Assembly: GCA_013360405.1 (NCBI GenBank)
Contig: JABWBR010000029.1
Coordinates: 16,368-80,367 of the forward strand
Direction of reading: 5' to 3'
DNA length: 64,000 bases
Origin: Saprospiraceae bacterium
GTDB taxonomy: Bacteria; Bacteroidota; Bacteroidia; Chitinophagales; Saprospiraceae
Part shown: piece after piece, positions 1 through 9,794 of the stretch
Numbering within the stretch: position 1 is the first letter of the stretch
Layout: every line of letters starts with the position of its first letter
The notes under the pieces: generated by a model
What the model was told of the DNA's origin: nothing
Database searches by the model: none
What the model saw: the letters and a program-made list of their open reading frames with translations, nothing else
Made by a program: the position numbers and the translations under genes

Positions 1-608
1 TTTTTTACGCTCAGCGCGCCGAGTGTGACGCCCTGGTATATCTTGACTCCATTGCCGATGATGACCGTTTCGCCAATGACTACGCCGGTGCCGTGGTCGA
101 TACAAAACCGCTCACCGATGCCGGCGCCAGGGTGAATATCAATACCTGTGAGACCGTGGGCATGTTCGGTGAGAATGCGGGGTATGAGGGGTACTTTGAG
201 TTTGTAAAACTCGTGCGCCAGCCGGTATACGGCGATAGCAAAAAAGCCGGGGTAGGTACGGATTACCTCGGTAAGGCTCACCGCCGCCGGGTCGCCGTCG
301 AGGATGGCCTGGGCGTCTTTCAGCAGTAGGCCATGTACCGCCGGCAGCCTGTCCTGGAAAATATGTTCGATTTCTTCTGCCGCTGCGGGTAGTTGGGCTT
401 GCATAGTTTCCAGGATGTGGAATAGTTCAAGGCGTACGCTTTGATATTGCTGGTTAAACTCTCTTTTATTGCGATAGCGCTGGTCGGCTAGCTCGGGGAA
501 CAGCAATTTTAGCAGGCCGTTCAGCCATTGGCAAACAATTTGCGGGGAAGGAATCTGTTTGGCTGCCTTGTGGGCGTGAAATAGCTTATCGATAAATTGT
601 TCTTCCAT
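1..608 (-). CDS. cysE: Serine O-acetyltransferase; C-terminal end lies beyond the window edge
   Basis: Not in the supplied ORF track because it runs off the window. Reverse-strand reading from the ATG at 608..606 gives [23 protein letters not shown]. In the same frame there is a hexapeptide beta-helix block, [49 protein letters not shown], typical of CysE. Confidence 0.8.
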   Translation of the reverse strand, partial: MEEQFIDKLFHAHKAAKQIPSPQIVCQWLNGLLKLLFPELADQRYRNKREFNQQYQSVRLELFHILETMQAQLPAAAEEIEHIFQDRLPAVHGLLLKDAQAILDGDPAAVSLTEVIRTYPGFFAIAVYRLAHEFYKLKVPLIPRILTEHAHGLTGIDIHPGAGIGERFCIDHGTGVVIGETVIIGNGVKIYQGVTLGALSVK

Positions 609-829
609 GTGTTTTGTGTTAAAAAAATGGCCACTCCAATAAAACGCCTTTATATGCAGGATGTTTCCTGGGAAAAGTCGAATTAAGTATGAAAAAATAG
701 CGGTTACAGAGCCTGGATGCTTGCCTATTGATACGGTAAAATCAATTGATGTGTTGTTTGTGAACACAACAATAAAGTAGTTGTTCTATCTCTTTTGAAA
801 GTAATACTATTAAACACAAATAATAAACC

Positions 830-2359
830 ATGCAGGCTACAACCTCACCAATCATGCAAACGCCGGAGCTTAGCCCGAAAACTACCACAATCACCATCGC
901 AAAAGGCGATGGCATTGGTACGGAAATCATGGACGCCACCCTGTCTATTCTGGGAGCGGCCGGCGCCCAATTGGCTTATGAAGAGATCCAGGTAGGAGAA
1001 TCCGTATACCACCGGGGTTTTTCGGCCGGCATCACTGCGGATGCCTGGGATATCCTCCGCAGGAACAAAGTATTGCTCAAGGCGCCGATTACTACGCCTC
1101 AGGGGGGCGGCTATAAAAGCCTCAACGTGACCTTGCGCAAAACACTGGGATTATTTGCCAATGTGCGCCCCTGTCAAGCGCTCACGCCATTTATAGAGAG
1201 CCATTTCCCGGCTATGGATCTGGTCATCATCCGCGAAAACGAAGAAGACCTTTACGCAGGTATCGAGCACCAGCAAACGGGAGAAGTAATACAATGCCTC
1301 AAGTTGGTAAGCAGGCCGGGATGCGAGCGGGTGATCCGTTATGCATTTGAATACGCAAAAGCATATGGCAGGAAAAAGGTGACTTGCATGACGAAAGTCA
1401 ACATCATGAAGCTCACCGACGGCCTTTTTCACCGTGTTTTTGATGAAATATCAGCTGAGTACCCAGACATTGAAGCCAACCACTTCATTATTGACATAGG
1501 TTCGGCCTGGCTGGCCGATCGCCCCGAACAGTTTGATGTGATTGTCACACTTAACTTATACGGCGACATCATTTCCGATATCGCCGCCCAGGTGTGCGGC
1601 TCGGTGGGGCTATGCGGCTCTGCAAATGTGGGCGACGACTTTGCCATGTTTGAGGCCATCCATGGCTCGGCTCCCGATATCGCCGGCAAAGACATCGCTA
1701 ATCCCAGCGGCATATTGCAGGCGGCATGCATGATGCTGGTTCACGTAGGTCAGCCCAAAATCGCTGAAAAAATAGCCAATGCATGGCTCAAAACCCTCGA
1801 AGACGGCATTCACACCTCTGATATTTACAGCGAAACCTATACCCGTCAACGCGTGGGCACTAAAGCTTTTGCTGAAGCCGTGATCACCCGGTTGGGCCAA
1901 GCGCCGACGCAATTCAAACCTGTTTCTTTCAACGAGTCGGCCAAACCAGTTCAGGTCCATGTCAAAGCTATGACGCAAGTGGAAAAGAAACTGGTAGGCG
2001 TGGACGTATTCCTGCATTGGGATGCGGAGCAACGCGATCCGGAAGTATTGGGGCGCCGGTTGGAGGCTATCAAGGAAACGGGACTGCAGCTCAAAATGAT
2101 CACAAATCGAGGCGTAAAAGTATATCCGGGAGGGCTACCTGAAACTTTCTGCACGGATCATTGGCGTTGCCGCTTTGTATCTGAAAACTCTCAAGTTGAT
2201 ACCGGCCACAATGCCATGCTCGAAGCCAAACGCGTCTCCTTACAGCAAGTCATCGGCTTATTGCAAAAACTTGAACAAGCGCATTTTGATTTTATAAAAA
2301 CCGAACATCTTTACGAGATCAATGGGCAAAGGGCGTATTCGCTCGGGCAAGGCGAATAG
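830..2359 (+). CDS. icd: Isocitrate dehydrogenase (isocitrate/isopropylmalate dehydrogenase family) with a long C-terminal extension
   Basis: 509-aa ORF. Motifs: ITIAKGDGIGTEIM, SLNVTLRKTLGLFANVRPC, NLYGDIISD, HGSAPDIAGKDIANP. The start could be 830 or 845. Confidence 0.75.
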   Translation: MQATTSPIMQTPELSPKTTTITIAKGDGIGTEIMDATLSILGAAGAQLAYEEIQVGESVYHRGFSAGITADAWDILRRNKVLLKAPITTPQGGGYKSLNVTLRKTLGLFANVRPCQALTPFIESHFPAMDLVIIRENEEDLYAGIEHQQTGEVIQCLKLVSRPGCERVIRYAFEYAKAYGRKKVTCMTKVNIMKLTDGLFHRVFDEISAEYPDIEANHFIIDIGSAWLADRPEQFDVIVTLNLYGDIISDIAAQVCGSVGLCGSANVGDDFAMFEAIHGSAPDIAGKDIANPSGILQAACMMLVHVGQPKIAEKIANAWLKTLEDGIHTSDIYSETYTRQRVGTKAFAEAVITRLGQAPTQFKPVSFNESAKPVQVHVKAMTQVEKKLVGVDVFLHWDAEQRDPEVLGRRLEAIKETGLQLKMITNRGVKVYPGGLPETFCTDHWRCRFVSENSQVDTGHNAMLEAKRVSLQQVIGLLQKLEQAHFDFIKTEHLYEINGQRAYSLGQGE

Positions 2360-2506
2360 GCCTATTGGGAATTCTATATATTAAAAACGTCAAATTGTCG
2401 GCTGGCAATAAAATTCTGCAACCTTTTGGTAATGCAGTAGTTTTAGATTTTGCGCTACCTTTACGGTTTACGAAAAAATTTCCTAAGACATTAACCGCGG
2501 TTTAGT

Positions 2507-5500
2507 ATGAACAGAACTTTTACTACAGGTCTCTGGCTGGTGATGATGGTGTGTTTCACCCAATTGGCCACTGCCCAGCAGCAATCTACATTAGACGCCG
2601 CGCTGCGCTATGTAGAGCAGCAGCGTGAAAAATGGGGTCTCGCCCGTGCTGATATTGCCGACATGATCGTCAGCGACCAGTACCAGAGCCGCCACAACGG
2701 CGTTACCCATTTGTACTTTATTCAACGCCATGCCAGCATTGAGGTACACAACGCCATAATGGGCGTGCACCTCAAGTCCAATGGCGAGGTTGGCTTTGCT
2801 ACCACCCGTTTTGTGAGCGATCTGGCCGGCAAGGTAAACGCTACCGAACCCTTGTTGTCCGCCCACGACGCCATTTCGCTGGGCGCCAAACACGTGGGTC
2901 TGCCGCTCACCCGGCCCCTGCGCATGCTCGACAAGATCAGCGACCGCCAGATGACCTTTGAAGGCGCCGATGTATCCCATTCCGACATCAAGGTCAAATT
3001 GGTATACCAAACCAACGACCAGGGCGCCGTGCGCCTGGCCTGGAATATGGCCATCGAAGCTACCGATTCGCCCGATTACTGGAGCATTCGCGTGGATGCA
3101 CTCACCGGCGATATCCTGAAACTGGATAACTGGACGATTTACTGCAGCTTTTCCGGTGACAGCCGCCATGTGCACCGCGACAATTGCGTGGACGAAAACC
3201 GCACGTTCGAAAATTCTTTCCAACCGGTACAACAAGCCCTCCTGGAAGAAAATACGGCCCTTTCGGGTAATACCTACAACGTATTCCCCATACCCGTAGA
3301 AAGCCCTATCCACGGCTCTCGCCAGTTGGTAGTAGATCCGCACGATGTGAATGCCTCGCCCTACGGCTGGCACGACACCAACGCTGCTGCCGGCGCTGAG
3401 TATACGTTTACCAGAGGGAACAACGTGCATGCCTATGTCGACGCCGATGCAGATAATAGCCCCGACGGCCCTAGCGCAGAAGGCGGTACCGGTCTGGTTT
3501 TTGATTTTCCTTTCGACGATACTTCGCAGGAACCCCCCGCTTATAAGGACGCCGCCATGACGCAGTTGTTCTACATGAACAATATTATGCACGACTTTAC
3601 CTACGCTTATGGTTTTAATGAAGAGGCGGGTAATTTCCAGCAGCATAACTACGGCAACCCCGGCCAGGGTAACGACTTCGTATATGCGGAAGCGCAAGAT
3701 GGCTCAGGCACCAACAACGCCAACTTCTCTACCCCCGAAGACGGCGCGAACGGCCGTATGCAGATGTTTTTGTGGGATCAGGCCGGCGGCAGGCTGGTGA
3801 ATATCGTAGACCCGGTAGAAATTGCCGGCGGCTACGAATCTACTACGGCAAATTACGGACCGGTTATTACAAACGTTCCTCTCACGGGTGAACTGGCCCT
3901 CGCTACCGACGGCACTTCTAACGGCACATTGAGCTGCAATGCTATTGTAAATGGTGACGAGATCGTGGGAAAGATTGCCATCGTAGACCGCGGCACCTGC
4001 TTTTTTGAAGAAAAAACAGTCAATGTGCAAGCCGCCGGCGCTATTGCCTGTATCATATGCAATAACCAGCCCGGCCTGGTAGCCATGGGCGGTCGCCCCG
4101 ATATACCCGATCCTACGATTCCTACCGTAATGATGACGCAGTTAGACTGCCAGTTGATAAAAAATCTGATTTCTACCAGTACAATAACGGCCACGCTGGT
4201 ATTGCCCGAGGATGCCGGCCCCGACAGTCTCGATGGCGATTTCGACAACGGCATCATCGCCCACGAATACGGCCACGGCATTTCCAACCGCCTCACCGGC
4301 GGCCCTTCGCAAACCGGTTGTCTCAATAACAACGAGCAAATGGGCGAGGGCTGGAGCGACTTCTTTGCGCTTGTCACTACGGTAGAACCCGGCGATGTGG
4401 GCACAATGGGCCGCGGTATCGGTAACTACGTATTGCGCGGAGGCGCTAACGGCATAGGTATCCGCCGGTATCCCTATTCTACCAACTCACTGCTTAACAA
4501 CCAGGTTTACGACGACATCATTACTACCGGCACTTCTCCCCATCAACTCGGCGAAATATGGGCGAGTGTATTGTGGGATCTGTACTGGGCTATGGTGGAT
4601 GTATACGGTTTCGACCCCGATCTATATTACGGTACAGGTGGCAACAACAAGGCTATCCAACTCGTCATGGACGGCATGAAAAATCAGGCCTGTAATCCGG
4701 GCCTGGTGGATGGCCGCGACGCTATCTTAGCTGCCGACCTGATGACCTACAACGGGGAAAATCAATGCCTTATCTGGGATGTATTTGCAAAAAGAGGTTT
4801 GGGTTACAGCGCCCAACAAGGCAGCAGCAACAATCGTCTCGACAACATACAAGCATTTGACGGCTTGCCCGAGTGCGTAAAAGAACTCAAAATTGCCAAA
4901 TCGGTCACGCCGCTGATCGAGGCAGGAGATGAAGTGACCATTACCCTTACGGCCACCAACCACAAAGACGAAGCCGTAACCGACGTGGTAATCGTAGACG
5001 AAATCCCCGAAGGCATGACCTTTGTACCGGGTTCAGTCTCCAACAACATCGACGCCACCCCCGGCTCGGGAGAAATCTCTTTCGAAATCGGTTCGCTGGC
5101 GCCCGGAGCATCTGTCTCCTTCCTCTATCGCGTGGCCACTACCACCGATTTTTATTCGATTCGCCAGCTATTCGACGATATGGAGAACGGGGAAGATATC
5201 TGGACTTACCAGCCGCTCGACGATGGCATAGCTATCTGGGAATTGGTCAATACGGCAGAGGCATACAGCGGCGATCACGCCTGGTTTGTAGCCAGCACAC
5301 CCGCCGATAACGACCAGATACTCGAAAACTTCGAACCCATAGCCGTAACCGGCAACCAGCCTGCGTTGCGCTTCTTCCACCGCTACGACACAGAGCCGGC
5401 AATTGACGGCGGTGTCATCCTGATATCTACCGACGGTGGCGCAAACTGGAATCCGATCGATCAAAAGTTGATCAGAAACGGATACCGCGGCAAGATCACC

Positions 5501-6070
5501 TACAGCACTTTCGCCACGCTCAACCTGGAGGCATTCTGGGGTACTATCCCCGAATACATCGGCACCTATGTCGACCTGAGTGACTATATCGGCGAGGAGG
5601 TGCTCATTCGCTTCCGCTTCGGTACCGACGAGGAAGCCTCTGGCGAAACGATCGGCACAGGCTGGTATATGGATGATTTCGAGATTATGGACCTGTTCAA
5701 TTACAACGGAGAAGCCTGCATTACTTCGGCCGAAGGTGACCAGGCCTGCGCAATTGCACCGGCTGGTGGTACTATCGTAGAGTCTAAACTCGTTACCAGT
5801 TCGGAAGAACCTACGCTGAGCAACAACGTGAAGGTATATCCGAACCCCACCCGCGACGTACTCAACGTGGCCTTTACTGCCCAACAAACGGGTCAGGTAG
5901 CCGTAGAAGTACTCAACGCCGATGGCCGCGTGCTGCTGAAAAACAGCCAACGCCTCGACGGCGGTCGCCAGGTGATGCCACTCAACGTGGCCGAACTGGC
6001 TAGCGGCTTTTACTTCGTGAAAATCAGCACTGACACCGAAACGGTGGTGGAGAAGGTGGTGATTAGATAA
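2507..6070 (+). CDS. Secreted M36 (fungalysin-type) zinc metalloprotease with propeptide, PA-like insert, DUF11-like repeat and T9SS C-terminal sorting domain
   Basis: Signal peptide MNRTFTTGLWLVMMVCFTQLATAQ. HEXXH site in IIAHEYGHGISNRLTGG. C-terminus VKVYPNPTRDVLNVAF...GFYFVKISTDTETVVEKVVIR is a typical T9SS CTD. Confidence 0.85.
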   Translation: MNRTFTTGLWLVMMVCFTQLATAQQQSTLDAALRYVEQQREKWGLARADIADMIVSDQYQSRHNGVTHLYFIQRHASIEVHNAIMGVHLKSNGEVGFATTRFVSDLAGKVNATEPLLSAHDAISLGAKHVGLPLTRPLRMLDKISDRQMTFEGADVSHSDIKVKLVYQTNDQGAVRLAWNMAIEATDSPDYWSIRVDALTGDILKLDNWTIYCSFSGDSRHVHRDNCVDENRTFENSFQPVQQALLEENTALSGNTYNVFPIPVESPIHGSRQLVVDPHDVNASPYGWHDTNAAAGAEYTFTRGNNVHAYVDADADNSPDGPSAEGGTGLVFDFPFDDTSQEPPAYKDAAMTQLFYMNNIMHDFTYAYGFNEEAGNFQQHNYGNPGQGNDFVYAEAQDGSGTNNANFSTPEDGANGRMQMFLWDQAGGRLVNIVDPVEIAGGYESTTANYGPVITNVPLTGELALATDGTSNGTLSCNAIVNGDEIVGKIAIVDRGTCFFEEKTVNVQAAGAIACIICNNQPGLVAMGGRPDIPDPTIPTVMMTQLDCQLIKNLISTSTITATLVLPEDAGPDSLDGDFDNGIIAHEYGHGISNRLTGGPSQTGCLNNNEQMGEGWSDFFALVTTVEPGDVGTMGRGIGNYVLRGGANGIGIRRYPYSTNSLLNNQVYDDIITTGTSPHQLGEIWASVLWDLYWAMVDVYGFDPDLYYGTGGNNKAIQLVMDGMKNQACNPGLVDGRDAILAADLMTYNGENQCLIWDVFAKRGLGYSAQQGSSNNRLDNIQAFDGLPECVKELKIAKSVTPLIEAGDEVTITLTATNHKDEAVTDVVIVDEIPEGMTFVPGSVSNNIDATPGSGEISFEIGSLAPGASVSFLYRVATTTDFYSIRQLFDDMENGEDIWTYQPLDDGIAIWELVNTAEAYSGDHAWFVASTPADNDQILENFEPIAVTGNQPALRFFHRYDTEPAIDGGVILISTDGGANWNPIDQKLIRNGYRGKITYSTFATLNLEAFWGTIPEYIGTYVDLSDYIGEEVLIRFRFGTDEEASGETIGTGWYMDDFEIMDLFNYNGEACITSAEGDQACAIAPAGGTIVESKLVTSSEEPTLSNNVKVYPNPTRDVLNVAFTAQQTGQVAVEVLNADGRVLLKNSQRLDGGRQVMPLNVAELASGFYFVKISTDTETVVEKVVIR

Positions 6071-6110
6071 GGTTAACCACAGATAAGCCAGGGCTTTACC
6101 TGGTTAAGGA

Positions 6111-6170
6111 GTGTGGGAGGGTGGGAGAGTGAGAGTGGGAGAAATTTTCAATGCTCCCACCCTCCCACAC
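6111..6170. terminator. Hairpin built from short-word repeats between convergent genes (perfect 17-bp stem)
   Basis: gtgtgggagggtgggag (6111-6127) is the exact reverse complement of ctcccaccctcccacac (6154-6170). It lies between the stop codons of the M36 protease (+) and the dehydrogenase (-). There is no clean T-run. Confidence 0.5.
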
Positions 6171-6180
6171 TCTCACCCTC

Positions 6181-7320
6181 TCACTCTCCCCTTCTACGCA
6201 GCCAGGGACTGCACCGATACCGGTCCTCGCGGTAGGTATCGTAAAGCTCGTCCAGCATATCCACACAAGCGGAATATCCCCATTCTTTGGCCCATTGCAA
6301 TAACCCTTTCGGGTAATTGACGCCTTTGGTCATAGCAGCATCGATATCCTCAGCGCCGGCAATGCCCCAATGCAGGGCATCGGCAGCTTCGTTGATGAGC
6401 ATCACCACAATGCGTTTTTTGATTTGCTCGCCCAACACCGGGTCGCAATTGGGCTCGGGGCGATGGACGCCTTCGGTGTAATCATAGAAACCGCGGCCGG
6501 CTTTGCGGCCCAGGTAGCCGGCTTCAACCAATCTTTTTTGTGAAAAGGCGGGTTTATAACGTGGGTCGTAAAAAAAGGCCTGAAAGACCGTTTCCGTAAC
6601 CGTATAATTCACATCGTGGCCGATAAAGTCCATCAGTTCAAACGGCCCCATGCGAAAGCCGCCCAACTCGGTCATAGCCCAATCGATAGTCGCTATATCG
6701 GCGATGCCTTCTTCGTAGATACGCAAAGCTTCCCCGTAGAAAGGCCGTGCAATCCGGTTGACGATAAAGCCGGGCGTATCTTTGGCCAACACGGGGTATT
6801 TGCCCCACTGCCGCATTACCAACATGGCATAAGCGGGAAGTTCAGGGGCTGTTTGTACCGCAGGAATTACCTCCACCAACTGCATGAGCGGCGGCGGGTT
6901 GAAGAAGTGCAGCCCAATAACGCGTTCCGGGTGCTCACAAGCTGCTGCAATAGACGTTATTGACAAAGAAGACGTATTGCTGGCTAATATACACGAATCG
7001 CTCACGATCCCTTCAATCTGCTGAAAAACCGATTGTTTCACTTCCAGGTTCTCTACGATAGCTTCGATGACCAGATCGACACCGTGCATCTCTTCCATTG
7101 CCGATGTGAAGAGTATTCGATTCAGGATATCCTGAGCAGCATCGGAGCTGATTTTGTTTTTTTCAACCAGCCTGTTGATGTTGGTCGACAGGTTAGTCAG
7201 TGCCCTTGGCCAGGCCGCGTGGTCGCTATCGCACAAAAAAACTTCATGACCTGCCATCGCAGCTACCTGGGCAATACCCGTGCCCATGGCGCCGCAGCCT
7301 ATGATGCCTATTTTATTCAT
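6181..7320 (-). CDS. 3-hydroxyacyl-CoA / 3-hydroxybutyryl-CoA dehydrogenase
   Basis: 379-aa ORF. N-terminal Rossmann motif [27 protein letters not shown]. Also [20 protein letters not shown] and PGFIVNRI. Confidence 0.85.
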   Translation of the reverse strand: MNKIGIIGCGAMGTGIAQVAAMAGHEVFLCDSDHAAWPRALTNLSTNINRLVEKNKISSDAAQDILNRILFTSAMEEMHGVDLVIEAIVENLEVKQSVFQQIEGIVSDSCILASNTSSLSITSIAAACEHPERVIGLHFFNPPPLMQLVEVIPAVQTAPELPAYAMLVMRQWGKYPVLAKDTPGFIVNRIARPFYGEALRIYEEGIADIATIDWAMTELGGFRMGPFELMDFIGHDVNYTVTETVFQAFFYDPRYKPAFSQKRLVEAGYLGRKAGRGFYDYTEGVHRPEPNCDPVLGEQIKKRIVVMLINEAADALHWGIAGAEDIDAAMTKGVNYPKGLLQWAKEWGYSACVDMLDELYDTYREDRYRCSPWLRRRGE

Positions 7321-7340
7321 GTTTATAAATGATATTTTTA

Positions 7341-7428
7341 CCGCAGAGTTAAAAGGAGTTGAAAGGAGTTTCGCAGAGCCTGATGTTGACTCGGCGAAAC
7401 TCTGCGTAAAACTCCTTTAACTCTGCGG
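7341..7428. repeat. Long composite hairpin repeat, family C copy 1
   Basis: ccgcagagttaaaaggagtt ... aaactcctttaactctgcgg pair as outer arms. gagtttcgc / gcgaaactc pair inside. Homologous to 40666-40762. Confidence 0.7.
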
Positions 7429-7563
7429 TTAATAGAATAATCGCTGTCAAATATACTTTACCCCTCTAATATTCCCCCTAAAAATACTAACCACAGCACT
7501 AATAAAATTAATTCCTTTACTTTAGCGTTAACCCGTTTTATTTCATCCGGAAAATAACATACA

Positions 7564-8958
7564 ATGACCCACTTTAAACAATTCATTTTCATATTAATAA
7601 TACTTGCCCTGGCGCCCCGCGTATGGGCCCAGACGCCGCCACTCGACTCCATTAGCACCGGAATATTCGCTATCATCCACGTGGGGGTCATTCCCATGGA
7701 AGGCGAAGAATTACTGCCCGACCACACTGTGATCATCAATAAAGGCCAGATCGTCAGCATCGGCCCTGCCGAAAAAACTAAAGTACCCGCAGGCGCACAG
7801 GTCATAGATGGCAAAGGGCGCTACCTCATTCCCGGCCTGGCCGAGATGCACGCTCACATACCCGTAGCCAAAGACGGCGACGACGAACTGGTGCGCGAAA
7901 CGATGATGCTATATCTCGCCAACGGCGTCACTACCATCCGCGGTATGCTGGGCGATCCCTACCATTTACAACTAAAAAGACAGGTAGCCCGGGGCGAAAT
8001 ACTGGGCCCTCGCATTTATACCGCCAGCCCTTCGCTCAACGGCCAGACCGTGCAATCTATCGATCAGGCCCGCGACAAAGTGGCGAAATACAAAACCGAA
8101 GGTTACGATTTTTTGAAAATACACCCAGGCCTTTCACTCGAGGTATTTGACGAAGTAGCCCTACAGGCCAAACGCTTGAAAATACCATTCGCCGGCCACG
8201 TGCCTGCCCTGGTAGGCATCAACCACGCCATCGACGCGGGTTATGCTTCTGTGGATCACCTCGACGGCTACGTGGAAGGCCTGGCGCCCCGCGTATCGAA
8301 AGCCAATATTGATGCCGCCGGCTTTTTCGGCTTTAATTTCACCGACGACGTGGATACGGACCGCATTCCGCCGCTTGCCGCCAAAACCAAGGCCGGTCGC
8401 GTATGGGTAGTGCCCACGCAAAGCCTGCTGGAACGCACCCTGTCGCCCCGCAGCGCCGACGAAATGCTGAACGAACCCGAGATGAAATACATCTCTTCAG
8501 CGCTGCGCTACCAATGGCGCCTCGGCAAACAACAACTCATGGAAGCAGAGGGCTACAGCCCCGACAAATACCAGCGCTATATCGCTTTACGCCAGAAGAT
8601 ACTGCGCGGCCTGAACCGCAGCAAAGTCGGCCTGCTCCTGGGCTCCGACTCCCCACAGATCATGAACGTACCCGGTTTTTCCATCCACCGCGAAATGCGC
8701 GCATTGGCCGATGCCGGCTTACCACCGTATGCCATCCTCAAAAGCGGCACTATCAACCCCGCCATCTTTTTTAACGAAGAGGCCGCATACGGCAGCATTC
8801 GCACCGGCCGCTCCGCCGACCTGGTATTGCTCGACGCCAACCCCCTCGAAAACGTGGACCACGCCCAGCGTATCGCCGGCGTGATGCTGCGCGGCAGCTG
8901 GCTGCCCAAAGGCTATATCGATGCCCAGTTGGCGGCGATTGCAGCGAAATATGAGTAA
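7564..8958 (+). CDS. Secreted amidohydrolase family protein
   Basis: Signal peptide MTHFKQFIFILIILALAPRVWAQ. IDGKGRYLIPGLAEMHAHIP metal-binding HxH motif. C-terminal ADLVLLDANPLENV is typical of the amidohydrolase superfamily. Confidence 0.8.
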   Translation: MTHFKQFIFILIILALAPRVWAQTPPLDSISTGIFAIIHVGVIPMEGEELLPDHTVIINKGQIVSIGPAEKTKVPAGAQVIDGKGRYLIPGLAEMHAHIPVAKDGDDELVRETMMLYLANGVTTIRGMLGDPYHLQLKRQVARGEILGPRIYTASPSLNGQTVQSIDQARDKVAKYKTEGYDFLKIHPGLSLEVFDEVALQAKRLKIPFAGHVPALVGINHAIDAGYASVDHLDGYVEGLAPRVSKANIDAAGFFGFNFTDDVDTDRIPPLAAKTKAGRVWVVPTQSLLERTLSPRSADEMLNEPEMKYISSALRYQWRLGKQQLMEAEGYSPDKYQRYIALRQKILRGLNRSKVGLLLGSDSPQIMNVPGFSIHREMRALADAGLPPYAILKSGTINPAIFFNEEAAYGSIRTGRSADLVLLDANPLENVDHAQRIAGVMLRGSWLPKGYIDAQLAAIAAKYE

Positions 8959-8989
8959 GAAAGGAGGATTTGAGGAGTGAGTATTCGAT

Positions 8990-9029
8990 CCTCAAATCCT
9001 CAAATCCTCAAATCCTCAAATCCTCATCC
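8990..9029. repeat. Tandem octamer cctcaaat x4 plus a degenerate unit, ending at the start codon of the next gene
   Basis: Units at 8990, 8998, 9006 and 9014, then cctcatcc at 9022. The ATG follows at 9030. Upstream ggatttgagga (8965-8975) can pair with tcctcaaatcc. Confidence 0.9.
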
Positions 9030-9782
9030 ATGACCTGGTACGAAGCCCTATTCCGCAACTACGCGGAAACCTACGAAAAGGAAGAATACATCCAGGGCAC
9101 CCTTGCCGAGGTCGATTTTATCGAAAAAGAAATCAAATTCGATAAATCGAAACGTATATTGGATATAGGCTGCGGCACGGGGCGGCATGCCGTTGAACTG
9201 GCAAAGCGGGGATACGCCGTTACCGGTATCGACCTGTCCGAAGCTATGCTAAAAAAAGCGGCACAGAAAGCCGAAGCGGCTGGCGTGAAGGTTGAATTTA
9301 AACAGCAAGATGCCAGGAAATTACCCTTCCACGAAGAATTCGACCTGGCCATCATGATCTGCGAAGGCGCTTTCCCGCTGATGGAAACCGACGAGATGAA
9401 TTTTGCTATCCTGAAAGGCGCCTACAATTCGCTGAAAAAAGACGGCAAATTCATCTTCACCACGCTCAACGGCCTTTACCCGCTTTTTCACAGCGTGAAA
9501 GATTTTCTAAATAAAGAAACATCCGGCGCAACGGTAGCGGAAAACAACTTCGACCTGATGACTTTCCGCGATTATTCCGTGTTTGAAACCACCGACGACA
9601 GCGGCAACGCCATGACCCTGCACTGCAACGAACGCTACTACGTACCCTCGGAAATAAGCTGGCTGCTTAAATCGCTGGGATTCCGACAACCGGATATTTT
9701 CGGCGCTACGCTGGGCGCCTTCAGCCGGGAAGACAAACTCGCGACCGACAACTTTGAAATGCTGGTAATCGCCGAAAAATAG
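9030..9782 (+). CDS. Class I SAM-dependent methyltransferase
   Basis: ILDIGCGTGRHAVELAKRGYAVTGIDLSEAML (motif I) and post-I motifs. Start placed at the ATG at 9030 (MTWYEALF) because the longer ORF start at 8970 lies inside the tandem repeat. Confidence 0.8.
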   Translation: MTWYEALFRNYAETYEKEEYIQGTLAEVDFIEKEIKFDKSKRILDIGCGTGRHAVELAKRGYAVTGIDLSEAMLKKAAQKAEAAGVKVEFKQQDARKLPFHEEFDLAIMICEGAFPLMETDEMNFAILKGAYNSLKKDGKFIFTTLNGLYPLFHSVKDFLNKETSGATVAENNFDLMTFRDYSVFETTDDSGNAMTLHCNERYYVPSEISWLLKSLGFRQPDIFGATLGAFSREDKLATDNFEMLVIAEK

Positions 9783-9794
9783 GTATTATTGCGT

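Noticed and set aside
93-329. 78-aa plus-strand ORF at the window start.
   Set aside because: It is antisense to the clear hexapeptide-repeat region of cysE on the minus strand.
609-829. Near-palindrome ttgtgaacacaa in the cysE-icd divergent spacer as a CRP/FNR-type site.
   Set aside because: It is a 5-2-5 palindrome without the TGTGA-N6-TCACA spacing, which is too short and too common to call.
2591-3697. 368-aa minus-strand ORF, plus similar long antisense ORFs at 5168-5950, 10107-10850, 15519-16256, 47357-48232 and 48269-49153.
   Set aside because: Each lies fully inside, and antisense to, a gene with strong family motifs (M36 protease, mnmE, C69 hydrolase, htpG). The translations are low-complexity (Gly/Ala/Val/Arg-rich), as expected for stop-poor antisense frames of GC-rich genes.
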